A stretch of DNA of 63,979 nt, the filler included, from Kipferlia bialata (Eukaryota): NCBI GenBank assembly GCA_003568945.1. It is 4 parts of 4 records of this genome, joined end to end, with 100 filler letters (N's around TTAATTAATTAA, not from the genome) between each part and the next. Parts side by side here need not be neighbours in the genome. Positions count along the whole stretch, not along the records: positions 1 to 19,428 come from BDIP01000424.1; 3 more parts are not named here. One strand, given 5' to 3'. Position 1 is the first letter of the stretch. The number at the start of each line of letters is the position of its first letter. The notes under the pieces are model-generated. The model was not told the origin of the DNA, did not search any database, and was given only the letters and a program-made list of their open reading frames with translations. Both the position numbers and the translations under genes were made by a program. Of the stretch, positions 1 through 14,373 are shown piece after piece.

Positions 1-3000
1 GAGTCTGGGTTGTGGACAGAGGCGATGGGGACTATACTGCTGTCGGCAGCAGAGACGGCACCAACTCCCACAGTGACAGAGGAAGAACAGATCGCGGTGT
101 ACGTTGCACTATGAGCACCAGTTCCTTGCCCCTCTGTTCCAACTCCGAGGGTTATCGTGTAGGTACCCACTACTCCGAAGTCAGTTGAATCTGTCGTAGT
201 CGTTACATACCGCCCGTCTGTGGTGTGCACCAGTGAGTAGGGACCAGTATCTACATACCCACCAGGTCCCTCAGTAACGGACACAGACAGAGGATCAGAG
301 TCTGTTATGCCATTCCCAAACTGATCACGTAAGTACGCTGTGAGAGTTAGGAGTGAGCACGCAGTGTGGGCAACATCCTCTAGGTATGTGTATGATGTGG
401 TACCATCATAGAAGTATGTATCTGGTAGCACTTCGAATGAGACGCCCGACTGGGTTAATTCAATGCCATCAACTTCCAGACACACGTCATAGTTGCCGGC
501 TACAGTGAACTCTGAAGCCGCAGTTGTGAGCCTATATGCACCACCAGAGTACGTTAAGGTAAGAGTACTGTCTGTGTAGCCAGTGGGACTCGAGGTGACC
601 TTTGCGGTCACAACACTACTTGAGATCTCATTCTCATATGTGTCCCTAATATAGGCAGCGAAGACTACAACTTTGCCTGCTGTGGCAGCTGGCAGCTGAT
701 CGAGGTAGGAATAGGTAGTTGTGCCGTCTGCCACAGCATTGCCAGGTACTCCAGTAAGTGTCTCGGCAGTTGATGTCAACGCTACGCCATCCACCGTCAG
801 TGTTAATGTGTAGTCACCAGCAAGCACAAAGATGGCCCCAATTGTGGCTGAGTCAGAAGCTGATACATACTGACCACTGCCAGTGTGAGTAAAGGCAATG
901 GAAGTTGGCCCTGTGTAACCGACCACAGCAGTCTCTACTTCAAGAGTAACCACTCCACTTGTCACAGGATTATTGAACAGGTCAGCCACATCAGCAGTCA
1001 AGGTAAGGTCATCCCCAGCAGTGTGAGCCGTCAGACTTGTCACGCTCTCCAGGAGCGTGTTATCAGCATAAGCCGTTCCATGTCCGACTGTTAGTGCAGT
1101 GGTCAGTGACGGATACTCGACTCCATCCACTGCTACAATAAGCGTGTAGCCTCCAGACGTTGTGATTGCATTTGTCTCTACCCTGTAGTCTAACTCCAAA
1201 CTGCTGTATGGGAGTGCAACTGTCGTGGCGTTGCTGTCTGTGTCATACAGGTTAACAGCCACCCCAGTCAGATCAGGGTTGACCTGAGCACAAGAGTTCT
1301 TGAGTGTCACAGAGATGGTCAACGAGGAACTAGGGATGTGTGTCTCCGTGTAGGGTGCAAGGATACTGTGGGCCTCTGATATAGGGACAGCCGTGACTGT
1401 AGCTGTGCTTGTGGCACTCAATGTGGTACCATCTACATTTAGACCTAGGGTATAGGTACCGCCCAGAGCAAAGTCAGTTGCAGCAGTCGTAGCAGTGTAT
1501 GTACCAGAAGATGTGTGTGTGTGAGTGAAGGGGCCATATACAGCGGGTCCACCGGTGACGGTCACAACTACTGATGACGCATCCGTGATGGGGACACCGT
1601 GGTAATCCTCTACATGGACAGTAAGCGTACTCTCTGCACACGCATCAAGACTCATTGACTCAATGTATGTGCGAGTGTCGGTTCCATTAGAGTATGCGGC
1701 ACTAGAGTCCAGTAGTTCGACCTGTATTTCGGTGCACTCCAGTGGGTTGCCATTCACCTGCAGGGTGAGGGGGTGTGTGAGACATCATATATATATTATG
1801 TACACATGATGTGTATACTATACATAACATCTCTTACATCTAGCTTTTAGTTAGTACATACCTGCATCATCACACTAACTGTGCCTGGCTCAGAGAACAT
1901 TGCGTCACTGTCATCCACCTCATACGTGTAGACATCACCCGATATAAAGACCAAGTCAGAGTCCCCAGTGACAGTAGTAGCCCAGTCATCAATGGAAAAC
2001 AATACTTGAACAGAAGCAGTTGGGTCAGCAACGTCAGAGTCGTCTCGCACATGGAAGTGCAAGGACCAGTTGGTGCGTGTGTATATACTAGATGGCCATC
2101 CACTGTGGGTGGAGTCTATGTAGCAGAAGGTGGGCTCTCCTGGTAGAACTGTGATCTCTACGGCTGTGCCAGAGAACAGTGTCTGCACAGTGTCTACCTC
2201 TATCTAGGGTAAGTGTAAGAAATAGTATTGTATGATGAATCACATTATTACACTCCACGTGATATGTATCTCTCGATATACACCACTCACCACAAACGCT
2301 ATGTACACCATCCCATCAGTTGCAAACTCCGGCCATGTTCCCTGGATCGAGCACCTGTACTGCGTGTCTTTATCCTCCTCTGTAGTGACATAGGTGGAGT
2401 ACGATGCAAAAGACGCGTCAGTCGATACAGCCAGGAGCACATCATATGTACCCCTCATGTTTGTCCCTTCTGTTGTTCTTGGATACATGTCGACAGTCCA
2501 GTCAGTGCCCTTGACCACTGCGTCTGGATAGCAGGAATCAACAGAAGAGAAGGAGCTCTCAACCACAGAGAAGTCATCCTTCTCCTGTACATAGAGTGTC
2601 ACCGCTGTGTTAGGTAAGGACACCCCATCTACGTTCAGAGTGAGAGTGTAGTCTCCAAGAGTTCTGAACTCCTCCTCAATGTCATTGTCTGGGATGGTTG
2701 TCGTGTAATGTCCTGACCCCTGGTGTGTCATGGAGACAGAGGTGGCACCAGTGTGTCCAGTAGGAACATCACTCACTTCAATGTAGACGACCCCACTTGT
2801 GACTGGATTCCCAAATTGGTCAGCAATATCAGCAGTGAGAGTCAAGTCAGTGGACTCGACGTGTGCTTCGATATCTGGACAGGATATACTCGAGTTGACA
2901 TCATCTACAGCCCCTTGTCCCACAGTGAAGGACTCTGCCACACTTGGGTACTCAGTTCCATCGACAGTCAAGGTCACCGTGTAGCTACCAGCAGCTGTGA

Positions 3001-6000
3001 CAATTGAGGTCTCAGTCGTGTACGAGGACAGACCAGCAGAGTAGGTAAGGGAGACTGAGCCTACAAGAGAGGACTCAGAGTCATATACATTAAGAAGCAC
3101 TGTGACGCCGCTTGAAATGACATTCCCACTTGCATCAGCGAGAGTGGCAGATAGAGTGAGGGGGTTGCCAGGATTATGCTCTGTAACAATTGAGACTATG
3201 CCACTTTCAGCCGCAGAGAAGGCCCCAGGTACAACAGTGATTGACGCTGTCCCACAGGTGGAACCCTCGACATCGAGGGATATCGTGTAGGATCCGGCCA
3301 TTGCAAAATCACTTGTGTCTAGGGTTGAAGCGGTGTACTGACCGTCTGCGGCGTGGGTCAGAGTGTATGGCCCTGTGTTCACGTATCCACTAGGTCCATC
3401 TGTGATGGAGACGGTAACAGGGTCAGCGTCAACGACCGAGTTGCCATACTCGTCCCTTACCGCCGCAAGCAGCGTCAATAGAGTACCAGCAGTATGTGCC
3501 ACACTCTCCATGAACGTGTACGTGGTTGTTCCATCTGAGTATGGTACACCCGGCAACACATCAAACTCAAGTGCTGAGAGTGGTAGCTCCACTCCAGCAA
3601 CCTCAAGGCACACCCCATAAGTACCAGTCACTGTGAAATCTGTAGCAGCAGCAGTCAGCTTGTATGCATCTGTTACGTAGGTAAGGGTAAGAGTAGTGCC
3701 AGTATACCCAACCGGACTGGACGTGACCTTGACAATCACAGTGTCGGTGGAGATGTCATTCACGTAGGTGTCCCTTACATACGCTGTAAACACAACCAGA
3801 TCACCAGCTGTGATATCTGGCAAGGCATCTAAGTAGGAGTAGGCGGATGTACCGTCTGCCACCGCGGTGCCAGATACCACAGTTAGTGTCTCCGCTGTGT
3901 TTGTCAGTAGGACCCCTGCCGCCATGAGGGTAAGCGTGTAGTCGCCTGCCAGAGTGAAGTAGTCACCTAGTGTGACAGAGTCAGTGACGGTGTTGTAGTG
4001 TCCAGCAGTAGTGTGAGTCAGGGCAATGGAGGCGGGACCTGAATACCCTGCCACCCCAGTAGTGACCTCAATCGACATGACACCAGTGATGACTGGATTG
4101 TTGAACTGGTCGGCAATGTCAGCAGTCAGTGACAAGTCAGAGGATGGAAGATGCGGGGTTGTGCTCAATATGGAGATGGAAGAGTTGGCCCCATCATGAG
4201 CGAGACCGTGAGTGATTACTAGAGACTGCGCACTGGCTGCCACCACAGTTGTGTCAACCTTCAGGGCAACAAGGTACTCGCCTACCAGTGTAGCTGGGGT
4301 GTCTAACACATACTTGGATACATCGGCATTGTATGCTAGAGGTACAGAGCCTATCCAAGTCAGGGGGTCCTCTGTCCAGACATCGAAGTTCACAGAGTAG
4401 CCACTGGAGATGGGATTGCCACATGCATCTGCTATGGTAGCAGACACCGAGAGACTATCGTCTGCGGTGCTGGGTGACACTATTGGGAACATTATGCTGT
4501 TAGCAGCAGAGAATGCCCCGACACCCACCGTCACAGATGAAGTGGCAAGGGCACTGCTGCCGACACTGAGTGATATCGTGTAGGATCCCACCAACCCGAA
4601 GTCACCAACGTCCACGGTAGTGTAGGAATAATGCCCATCTGATGTATGTGTCAGGGTGTAAGGACCAGTGTCGATGTACCCACTGGGTCCACCGGTGATG
4701 GAGACACTAACAGTGTTGGAGTCGAGGATAGGGTTCTCAAACTGATCACGGACATACGCAGTGAGAGTGAGCATTGTGCATGCAGTGTAGGTTATGTCGG
4801 CCATGTATGTGTACACTGAGCTGCCAATATCTGCATATGCCTCTCCTGCTACTACAGTCAGAGTGTACTCAGTGAGAGCCAACGTGCTACCATCCACATA
4901 CAGTGACATCGTGTAGTCACCAGCAACTGTGAAGGTGGAGGCAGTGAACGTTGCTGTGTACTCTGTCCCATCAGAGGTCATCACTGTTGATGTTGGTACA
5001 CTAGCACCAGTAGGTGAATCACTGATCAATAGTGATACACTAGCCGTGGATATCAGGTTGGTGAACTTGTCAGATACTAGTGCTGTGACAGAAGTGGCAG
5101 TACCAGCAGTGACACTAGCCTGGTCCTCTATGTGTGTGTAGGTATCAGTGCCGTCAGCATATGGGTCAGAGGGTATGACTGTGAATGTGGTGCTGCTACT
5201 CATCAAGTCACCCTCGGGAGACACAATGTGGATCTCATAACTCCGAGCAAGAGTGAACTGCCTGCCGAGGCTTCCAGAGTTGTTAAGTGGGACATATATA
5301 TTGCCAGCGGATGGTGTAAGACTAATTGTTGAGGAGCCAGTGTCACTGTCAGGTGCAGGTGTGACAAGGATGCTGAAGTCTCCGGTTGTCACAGGGTGTG
5401 AGTACATGTCACCAATAGTGACTTCAAAGGTGAGAAGTGTCTCGGCCATATGGTCAGTGAGTCCGTTGTCGACAATGTAGCACTCTGACACATCATCGAC
5501 TGCCAGGTCCGAACCGATGTATGCACCAGAGAATACTGAGTTGTCTTGTACTCCGTTGATAGACATAATACACATGTAGGCATTGACATCGTCAAACACC
5601 ACATCTGCATCTGGAAGCCATGCATTCTCGGTTATGTCCCAGTGGAAGGCGTGAGTTGAGTGGAAGGACAGTTCCGGTATCGTGTTGTATGCAATTACAG
5701 CCACAACCACACCAGTACTGATGGTGTTGCCAGCGGCGTCCGCGATGTCCACAGAGATGTCGACTGGAACGCTAGGTGGAAGGGTTAGTGTCTTAGCAGT
5801 ATTGACAGAGCAGTTCTCTGCTGCGTATGCACCAGCCTGTACAGTGTATGTGGCGGTGTCAATTAGTACTCCATCGATAGTCATTGCCATTGAGTACTCT
5901 CCGGCGATGGTGAACTCAGCTGGATCCGTGTAGTTCTGCCAAAAGGACGAGGCAGCTGTCATCGTGTAGGGACCAGTTATTGTGTACCCTTCAGGACAAG

Positions 6001-9000
6001 ACGTCATGGTGACAACCACGTCTACTCCACTGGCCACAGTGTTCCGGTATGCATCTCTAACAAATGCGACCATCCTACGCGAACCACCAGACACGATGGG
6101 TAGGTCGTAAAGCCACGTGTAGAGATTGCTGCCGGACTCATAGTACACGGCACCTGCTTCCAGAGTGACAGAAGCTGTGACAGTGTCGTCTTCCACACCA
6201 TCAAGAACCAGCATTAGAGTGAGATCTCCTGCACAGGTGATACTGATGTCTGTGCTAGCTCCAATGGACAAGGATGATGTAGCTACCAGGGAGCTGTAGA
6301 TGTTGTACACGTTGACACCAATGGTGTGTCCAGTGATTATCTCGTTGCCAAGGGTGTTGAATAGAGTAGGTGTGACTGTAACAGTGTCCTCTACAGTGAC
6401 TGCCCCACCACTTATAGACAGAGTGGCAGAGGTCACTCTCAGATCAAATACTACACTCAGGTTCACCTTGGTATCAGGGAAGAGAGCATCGCCATCTACC
6501 ATAAGATACAACTCGTAGGACTGTACAAGTGTGTACAATGCCCCAATATCATCAGCAGTCTGAACAGTCTCATAGTCACCGTCAGAGCTGTGAGACATAG
6601 TGAAGGTCCCAAGACCATCAACCGCATCTGGTGCAGGATATGTCTTGATTTCTACACTCCCGGTAGTAACTGGGTTCCCATACTGGTCCTCTACGTGTGC
6701 AGTAAGGGTCAGAGATGTCGCCTGCACATGACTGTCTAGTCCCGTGGTCACTATGTAGGTAGAGCCTGGGGTACCCACTGCCCCACCATGGCCTATAGTG
6801 ATAATCTCAGATACTGAGGAGTAGTGAGAGCTGTCGATGTCCAGCATCAGCATATACTCCTCAGCTGCAGTGATGTACATAGGAGCATCAGGCGTGTAGG
6901 TCTGGCTATCGCTGTCGTAGCTACAGGGATGTGAGGATAGCTGACTCGGACCAGGCTCAAAGACCGATACTCCGACAGTTACACCAGAGGGAATAGTGTT
7001 ACCAAAGGTGTCTGATAGTGTGACACTCAAAGTAATTGGGTTGTCAGGATTGAGGGTGTCAGTACTGACGTTGATGGAACTGGTGTCAGAGTCCCATTCC
7101 CCTGGAATCACAGTGACAGTAGCAGTATCCATGACCGATCCATCTACAGAGAGTGACACCGTGTAGGAACCCGCAAGAGTGAAGTCGGCTGAGGGCACAG
7201 TGTAGGTCCACTCGTCAGCAGCAGCACTCAGCGTGTAGGGACCGGTTGCCGTGTATCCAGCTGGGTGTGACGTGATGGAGACGGATACTACACCAGTCTG
7301 GATAGGGTTGCTATACGCATCGGCGACAGTGGCCGTAAAGGTCAGTGCCTCTCCGGCAGTGTGGGAATGGTCAATGATGTGTGTGTAGCTTGTGCTTCCT
7401 GCGTTGGCGTATACTACTCCCGTGCCTACAGTGATTACGTGTCCAGTGGCAACCGAGTACCCTCCATCAATGTTGATCATTAGCAAGTAGGCATCAGCGG
7501 TGGTGTATACGATGTCACTCTCAGGGAGGTATGTCCCAGAGCCACTGTCGTATGTGAATGGATGTAGACCCATGTGGATAGTGCCTGATACAAACACATC
7601 CACACCGACAGCTACACCAGAGGAGATGGTGTTACCATAGGCATCGGCTAGTAAGACAGATACACTGATAGGATTGTCTGGACTGAGGGTGCCAGAATCA
7701 GTCACGATGCTGGATTGAGTAGTGTCCCAGGTACCAGCACCCACAGTCAGAGTAGCAGTATCCATCATTGTTCCATCCACACTGATGGACAGAGTGTATG
7801 AACCGGCTAGCGTGAAGTCCGTAGAAAGAGTGGTGACTGACCACTCATCGGCAGCGGCGGTTAGCGTGTAGGGACCAGTGGGCGTGTAGCCGGTAGGGTA
7901 ACTGGTGACCGAGACAGTTACCAGACCAGTCTGGATAGGGTTGCTATACGCATCGGTGACAGTAGCAGTGAGAGAGAGGCCCTCTCCAGCAGTGTGTGAA
8001 TGGCCATTGATGTGGGTGTATGAGGTACTGCCACTGTCAGCATATGCAGCACCAGTACCCACTACTATAGCCTTGGCCGTAACCGCGTAGTAGCCACCAT
8101 CGATGTTGATCATCAGGAGGTATGAACCAGATACAGTCAGAAGAACATCAGCATCAGGAAGGTAGGTGCCAGAGCCTACGTCATAGGTACAGGCATGGAA
8201 GCCAAGAAGGCTACCAGACGCAAATACATCCACACCCACAGTGACACCAGATGATACAGTGTTACCGTAGAGGTCAGCTAGTATGACAGACACACTGACC
8301 GGGTTGTCGGGACTAAGTGTGCCAGAGTCTGTCACGATACTGGACTGGGTACTGTCCCATACACCTGCACTAACGGTGACAGTAGCTGTATCCATGACTG
8401 ATCCGTCCACAGAGAGTGACACTGTGTAGGTGCCTGCCAGAGTGAAGTCGGTAGAAGGAGTAGTATAGGACCACTTGTTAGACCCTATCACCAGTGTGTA
8501 TGGACCAGTGCTTGTATACCCAGCTGGGAAAGAGGTGATTGAGACAGTCCCCACCCCACTCTGGATACGATTAGTGTACTGGTCTCTAACCCAGGCAGTA
8601 AGTGTTAGGGCCTCCCCTGCTGTATGAGCCATGTCACTGATGTAGGTGAACGAGGTGCTCCCTCCATCAGCGTATGCTGCTCCGGTCCCAACTACAACAG
8701 ACGTATCTGTCTCGTAGTAGAAGGTGCCGTCGACATTGATCTCCAGGGAGTAGGTACCAGTGTTAGTCAGCATAACATCACCATTGGGAATGTATGTACC
8801 GGATTCACTGTCATATGTGCATGGGTATAATGCCCAGTAACTCCCAGATGGTCCCCAAGAGTCAATCCCCACACTAACACCAGAGGAGACCGGGTTGCCA
8901 TTGGCGTCTGCTAGTAGGATGTGTACATCGAGGGGATTGTCTGGATTGTGGGTGCCGCCATCAGTGACGATGCTGGACTGACTAGCGTCCCAGGTACCAT

Positions 9001-10288
9001 ACACTACTAGGTCCTTCTCAGACCCCACTAGTGCCACACCCTCTGACTCTAGAGATATCGTGTAGGTACCAGGTACCTGAAGCCCTGTCCCATCAAGTGT
9101 TACACTGTACACACTACCAGAGACGGTCATGGCACTGGACGCAGGGACAGTAGAACCAGAAGGGGATGAGGACACGACAAGAGTGGCACTCACTAGGTTG
9201 AGAGACGCACCACTAGAGTCTAGGAGATCGGCCGTGACAGTGACACTAGACCCTGCACTGAGAGAACTGAGGGTGTTGATGTGGGAGTAGGTGTCAGTGC
9301 CGTCGCAGTAGGCAGTGTTGGATACTGTCACAGTGTTGACAGGCGACGTGAGTATACTCCCGTCAAGCTGGACCTTTATCGTGTAGGTACCGGCGGTAGT
9401 CACTGTCACAGTGCCCGAGGGTACCCAATGGGTACTACCAGAGTCGTAGTAGCAGGCGTACGTAGAGAACAGTGTGTCAGTAGTGCTAACGGTACCAAGT
9501 GTAATCTTGGGGGCTACCGTCGGCATGTCACTCTCGGCAGCCATAGTATCCATAGACAATGGGTCGAGACCGCCTCCGTCGAGTACCACTGTACTGGTGG
9601 TGGAATACACAAGAACATTCAGCGTGTGGTCAACATCAATCACGTCTCCGTCCTCTTCGAACATTGCCACAGAGACGGTCAGGGCACCTGGCGGTTAGAT
9701 AGAGGGTGTATACTGTCAGGGTAAACACGTCATCTATTGACTGATGAGACTACACCTAGTATTCATGCAGTGTATATGCCGACATAAACATATATATACA
9801 CACATACATATATATATTTATTTATACAAGACGCATACTTACCTGATAAGACAACACCAGTGTCAATTTTGTCTTATGAATAAAGTATTGTCAAAACGTA
9901 CAATGATTATATTAGCATCTAATATACCTGATGAGACAACACCAGTGTCAGTGTAGAGGAACACACTGTCTACTGTGTTCTTGACCTGCATGTACGGGGT
10001 ATCTGACGATGTCTCAACCCCCTTCAGGTTGAGGATATCATCCTTGTCAGCAGTAGCATACGGGTCTACAGTGACGGTCTCCACCAAAGGACTGTCGAGA
10101 GATACCCTCTCACTACTCACTGTTGAGTGGAGACACCCATCCCCATTGCACTCAGCATAGAGAGAAAGGGGGTCATACGCATCCATAGGGAGATCAGAGG
10201 TAGCGTGGCCGTCATTGGTAAGCTGTGTCGCGGCCACGGCAACACAGAACAGGCATATTAATGGTAGAAACAGGTGCAGCACTCTCAT
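1..10288 (-). CDS. Giant secreted/surface protein with about 25 or more tandem Ig-like (invasin/filamin-like) modules; 3' end lies outside the window
   Basis: Spliced join 10288-9928, 9687-2291, 2203-1862, 1757-<1 with GT-AG introns that keep frame (SSG|ALTVSVAMF, AFV|IEVD, MMQ|VNGN). N-terminal signal peptide MRVLHLFLPLICLFCVAVAA. ~105-110 aa beta-rich T/S/V repeats with DxxGN and 'AGxYTlsl.vDG' motifs. Confidence 0.85.
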
Positions 10289-10862
10289 GGGATATCACTG
10301 GTAGCCGGAGCCCTGCACAGCCGGGTAGAGAGTCTCTCAGGTGTAAAGGAGAGTTGGGGGTGGTGGTATGGGTATTATTCGATGGTAAGTGACACAATAT
10401 CCCCACGGGTATGTCACTATAGTTTGTAGAGAGGCATGCAAATACATACTCTTCAGTTGTGTTGATTGTATGGACCCTTTCACTGTAGAGACCTTCGATG
10501 GTGAATGAGGGTTTCTCTTGTAGTTGTGGTCCCATATTACAGTACTTCCTTGGGAACTTCCCCTGGAAATTTACGTAGGTTTATATATATATAGCAGCTC
10601 TTCCTTTCTTTCGTAGTATCATACTAATAGTATGTGAAATAGTGCCTCCTCCCACTATATAATGGAAAATCATACTAGGATACTGCATCACAATAGAGTA
10701 TTGTCTTTCTATCATGTATTGCTAGAATTTCAGGAAAGACAGGGCCCAAAGTCCATATGTGTCTGATCCCAAATAGTCGTACGAAGCTCTTGCTAGATCA
10801 TTTGAATCCTAAGAATCAAAGACATACTCCCTCGCTCTCTCTTGGACTCTGCCTCCCATTGT

Positions 10863-12647
10863 CTAGTAGTCCCAAGTCATCGCAAATACTCTGGGGTAAG
10901 ATGTGTATAATATACAAAGTATATCCATTCAATGTGAGCTAAGAATGTGAGTACCACTTCAACATAGACAATGTATAGTTATGTACCGTACCTCCTGTGG
11001 TGTAGGCACTGTGAGACATGTACCGTGGCATAGTCACCTGAGGGTGAGGGCATACCTATTAGTATCTATCTATTTATGTATATACATCAATATCTACATA
11101 CATGCATATATAGTGTATACATGGGTAGATTACTAAGTCTGACACATATGCTGTACCCTAGTCACCTGGGGGTAAGAGAATGCGTATCTCTTGTAGATAT
11201 ACATCTATATCTCACAGCATACATACTAAATTCTATGTAGAATACCCACCCCACAGCATCTCCCTGTCCTCGTCTGACTCTCAGAGAGTCAGGGATGAAC
11301 ACACACATATATATATAAGTCTATATACGATGTATATATGCCATACCCCACAGCATCTCCCTGTCCTCGTCTGACTCTAGGTTACTGAGGGTCTATATAA
11401 ATGGTTTATATAAGTTGAATCTCGTTAGATTCTTGATATGTAGATGTCGTACCCCACAGCATCTCCCTGTCCTCGTCTGACTCTATGCCCACAACAGTGC
11501 TGGTCATGGGCTCGCCACACTCTTGGGTCAGAAAACATATGTGGGTATATATATATAGTATATATACGTCTGACTGGGCTCTCTTCACTCTAGGGTCAGT
11601 ATGACTATATATATATATATATACGAGTATACAGTAGTGTGTTGCCTGTGTACTGTTATATATGGAATATGTACATAACAGTATTGGTCATAGGCTCTCC
11701 ACACTCTGAAGTCAGATATAGTATGTATGTATATATGGGGGGTGTATATGGGTGTATGGGTATGGGTATGGTTATATACATATCCGGATATACATATCAT
11801 GATATACATTAGGTGTATATATGTAACGGTGCTGACCATGGGCTTGCCACACTCTGGGGTTAAAGAGGACATACATACAAGTATATGTATGTGTATGAAA
11901 CACACATCTAAATTAATGTATATATATATATACATTACTATATAGTGTGTCTACTACATGATAACTCTCCACTGTATATACATGAATACATTATCTCTAT
12001 CTGGATACTTTGGGCATGACACAATCCCATTGAAAATACACTGTGTATACACACTGTGTATGTATATAATACATATATGTAGTATGTACATGTATGTCAC
12101 TCCCTGGGCACTTTGGGTGTGACACAGTCTCCTTGCCGAGCCTATATATATTGTAAATATACTAGAGTCGTAAGTATTAAGCAGTAAATGTTGTGTATAA
12201 TCAATGTCTACCTGGGCACTTTGGGTATGACACACGCTCATTGAAAACACACTGTGTATATACACTGTGTATATATATAATATGTATATGTAGTATGTAC
12301 TTATATGTCACTACCTGGGCACTTTGGGTATGACAGTCTCATTAAATATATATTGAATGGACTGTATATATATATACTGTTTATATATATTGAGTATATA
12401 TGTCACTACCTGGGCATTTTGGGTATGACACAGTCTCCTTGCCGTTGAACCAACCACCTGGGGAGAGTTATACTAGATCCAAATATATAGTATTGTATAG
12501 TGAACCAACCACCAAAGTTGAGAGAAAAGAATACTGAAACTGCTATACTGATACCACTTATGGTAAGGATAAAGGAGAATTACAATGAGCATGATAAGAC
12601 ATACAGAGTGTACGGATATCATGAAGTAGTATGAGAGACGGGGGGGG

Positions 12648-12679
<32 letters not shown>

Positions 12680-13860
12680 CCCACTGTGACTGGACTCTTC
12701 ACTCGGCACGCCTCATTGTCACAGTACTCATGCTGACATTAGACCCATGTCTACCGTATCTACATATATAGTGACGCATGCACTTCTCATGTCAGCATGA
12801 GTATTGTATGCATCAGTATATAAATGAATCAAATGATTTGAATAATTACGGTGATGATATATTTATCATATCTCTAATCAGACTTCCAAATAATACAAAT
12901 ACATAGAATGATGTGGGATATATACATAGGATATCTTCACCACAGTGTCTTCTGTCTCCTCATCCAGTCCCTTCAAGACAGAGCGGAGCTCGGCAGCTGG
13001 TATTAGACGCAAGGATACGAAGAATATATTATTACTATAGTTACAAATCAACGAGTATCTACCTCATTTCTAATATGTGTGTCATCTAATATATATACTA
13101 TTCTTCTATATATCTTCTATATATCTTCTATATATCTTCTTCTATATATACTATTATGTTCATTAAGCTTACTATGCATTTGAGTATACTGACAACCGGT
13201 TATGACATAACTTATGTTTTAGATCAGATGACAGTATTTTACGGTACCTACCTTTTGGGAAGTCTCTAGAGCGCCTGACAATCCTGGAAGTTAGATCTAG
13301 TACCCTACTGTTGCAATGTATTATTCTTGTAAACTGAGTCGATTATCCTATCACCATGATATGTGTAATACACTGACACTAACACAAATATGATACTCAC
13401 CCCTTGACCTGGCTCTCCTGGAACACCTTGTCATCCTCTCTGTCCTCATAGAGAGACAAGACGTCATCCCTGAGTGTAAGCAAAATGATATGCACTATTC
13501 AGAATGTAGAGAGTAGAAACAAAATACGTGGTGATCTCATAGCACGAGTAATCAGAGTACATATACAAGTCCATACGTACCTGTCTCTGGCGTTCTCTAT
13601 GTCCTCTGCTGGTACATATCTGACTAGCTCGGCCTCTGATGGAGTGAGTATCACTAAATCAACCAAATTCAGATATATCTTACAGATACAATGCTATATC
13701 TCCATCTTTACCTGAGAACTCCTCGTAGTGAACACAGTCAATGTGAATATATATGTATATGTATGTGTATACCAAAGTATATAGATCAATAGCGTACTGA
13801 ACACATACGTATATATACCTGAGAACTCCTCGTAGTGCCCACAGTTATACTTGTTGAATA

Positions 13861-13892
<32 letters not shown>

Positions 13893-14334
13893 ATGTATGT
13901 ATATGTGTATGTATATGAATGTAAATCTAAGTATGTATATAACTGACACATGTATATACATCAATAGTCCTGAGCACACATGTATCATTACCTGAGAACT
14001 CCTCATAGTGCCCACAGTCATCCTCCTCCTTGCAGACATAGAGCTGGATGAGGCCTGGGATAAGTATGATCCACATGCCATACATATAATAAACATACCC
14101 GTCATTTCGTAAATAGAGAAGAGAATGACAGTGAGTGAATATACACATAGAGCTGGATGAGGTCTGGGGTTGACTGCATATAGACCCAGACACAGACACA
14201 TGTGATATATATAGAGTATTCCTGAATACTAGTCTAAATATACCTTCGTCCCCTAGTCCCAGTGTCTCCTGTACGTCTGATGGCATCTGGGCCAGATTGA
14301 GCTGGACAACAAGGGTCATAGGACTGGTGTTAGA

Positions 14335-14373
<39 letters not shown>

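Noticed and set aside
885..9724. Plus-strand ORFs within the giant gene, and 59502-60353 (-) opposite the coiled-coil gene
   Set aside because: Antisense shadows of long coding exons.
10212..10535. 107-aa ORF upstream of the giant gene; similarly complex non-repetitive stretches at 54150-54740 and 60750-61150
   Set aside because: No recognisable motif, consistent splice structure, terminal repeats or RNA-gene features; they may be decayed gene remnants but I cannot support a call.
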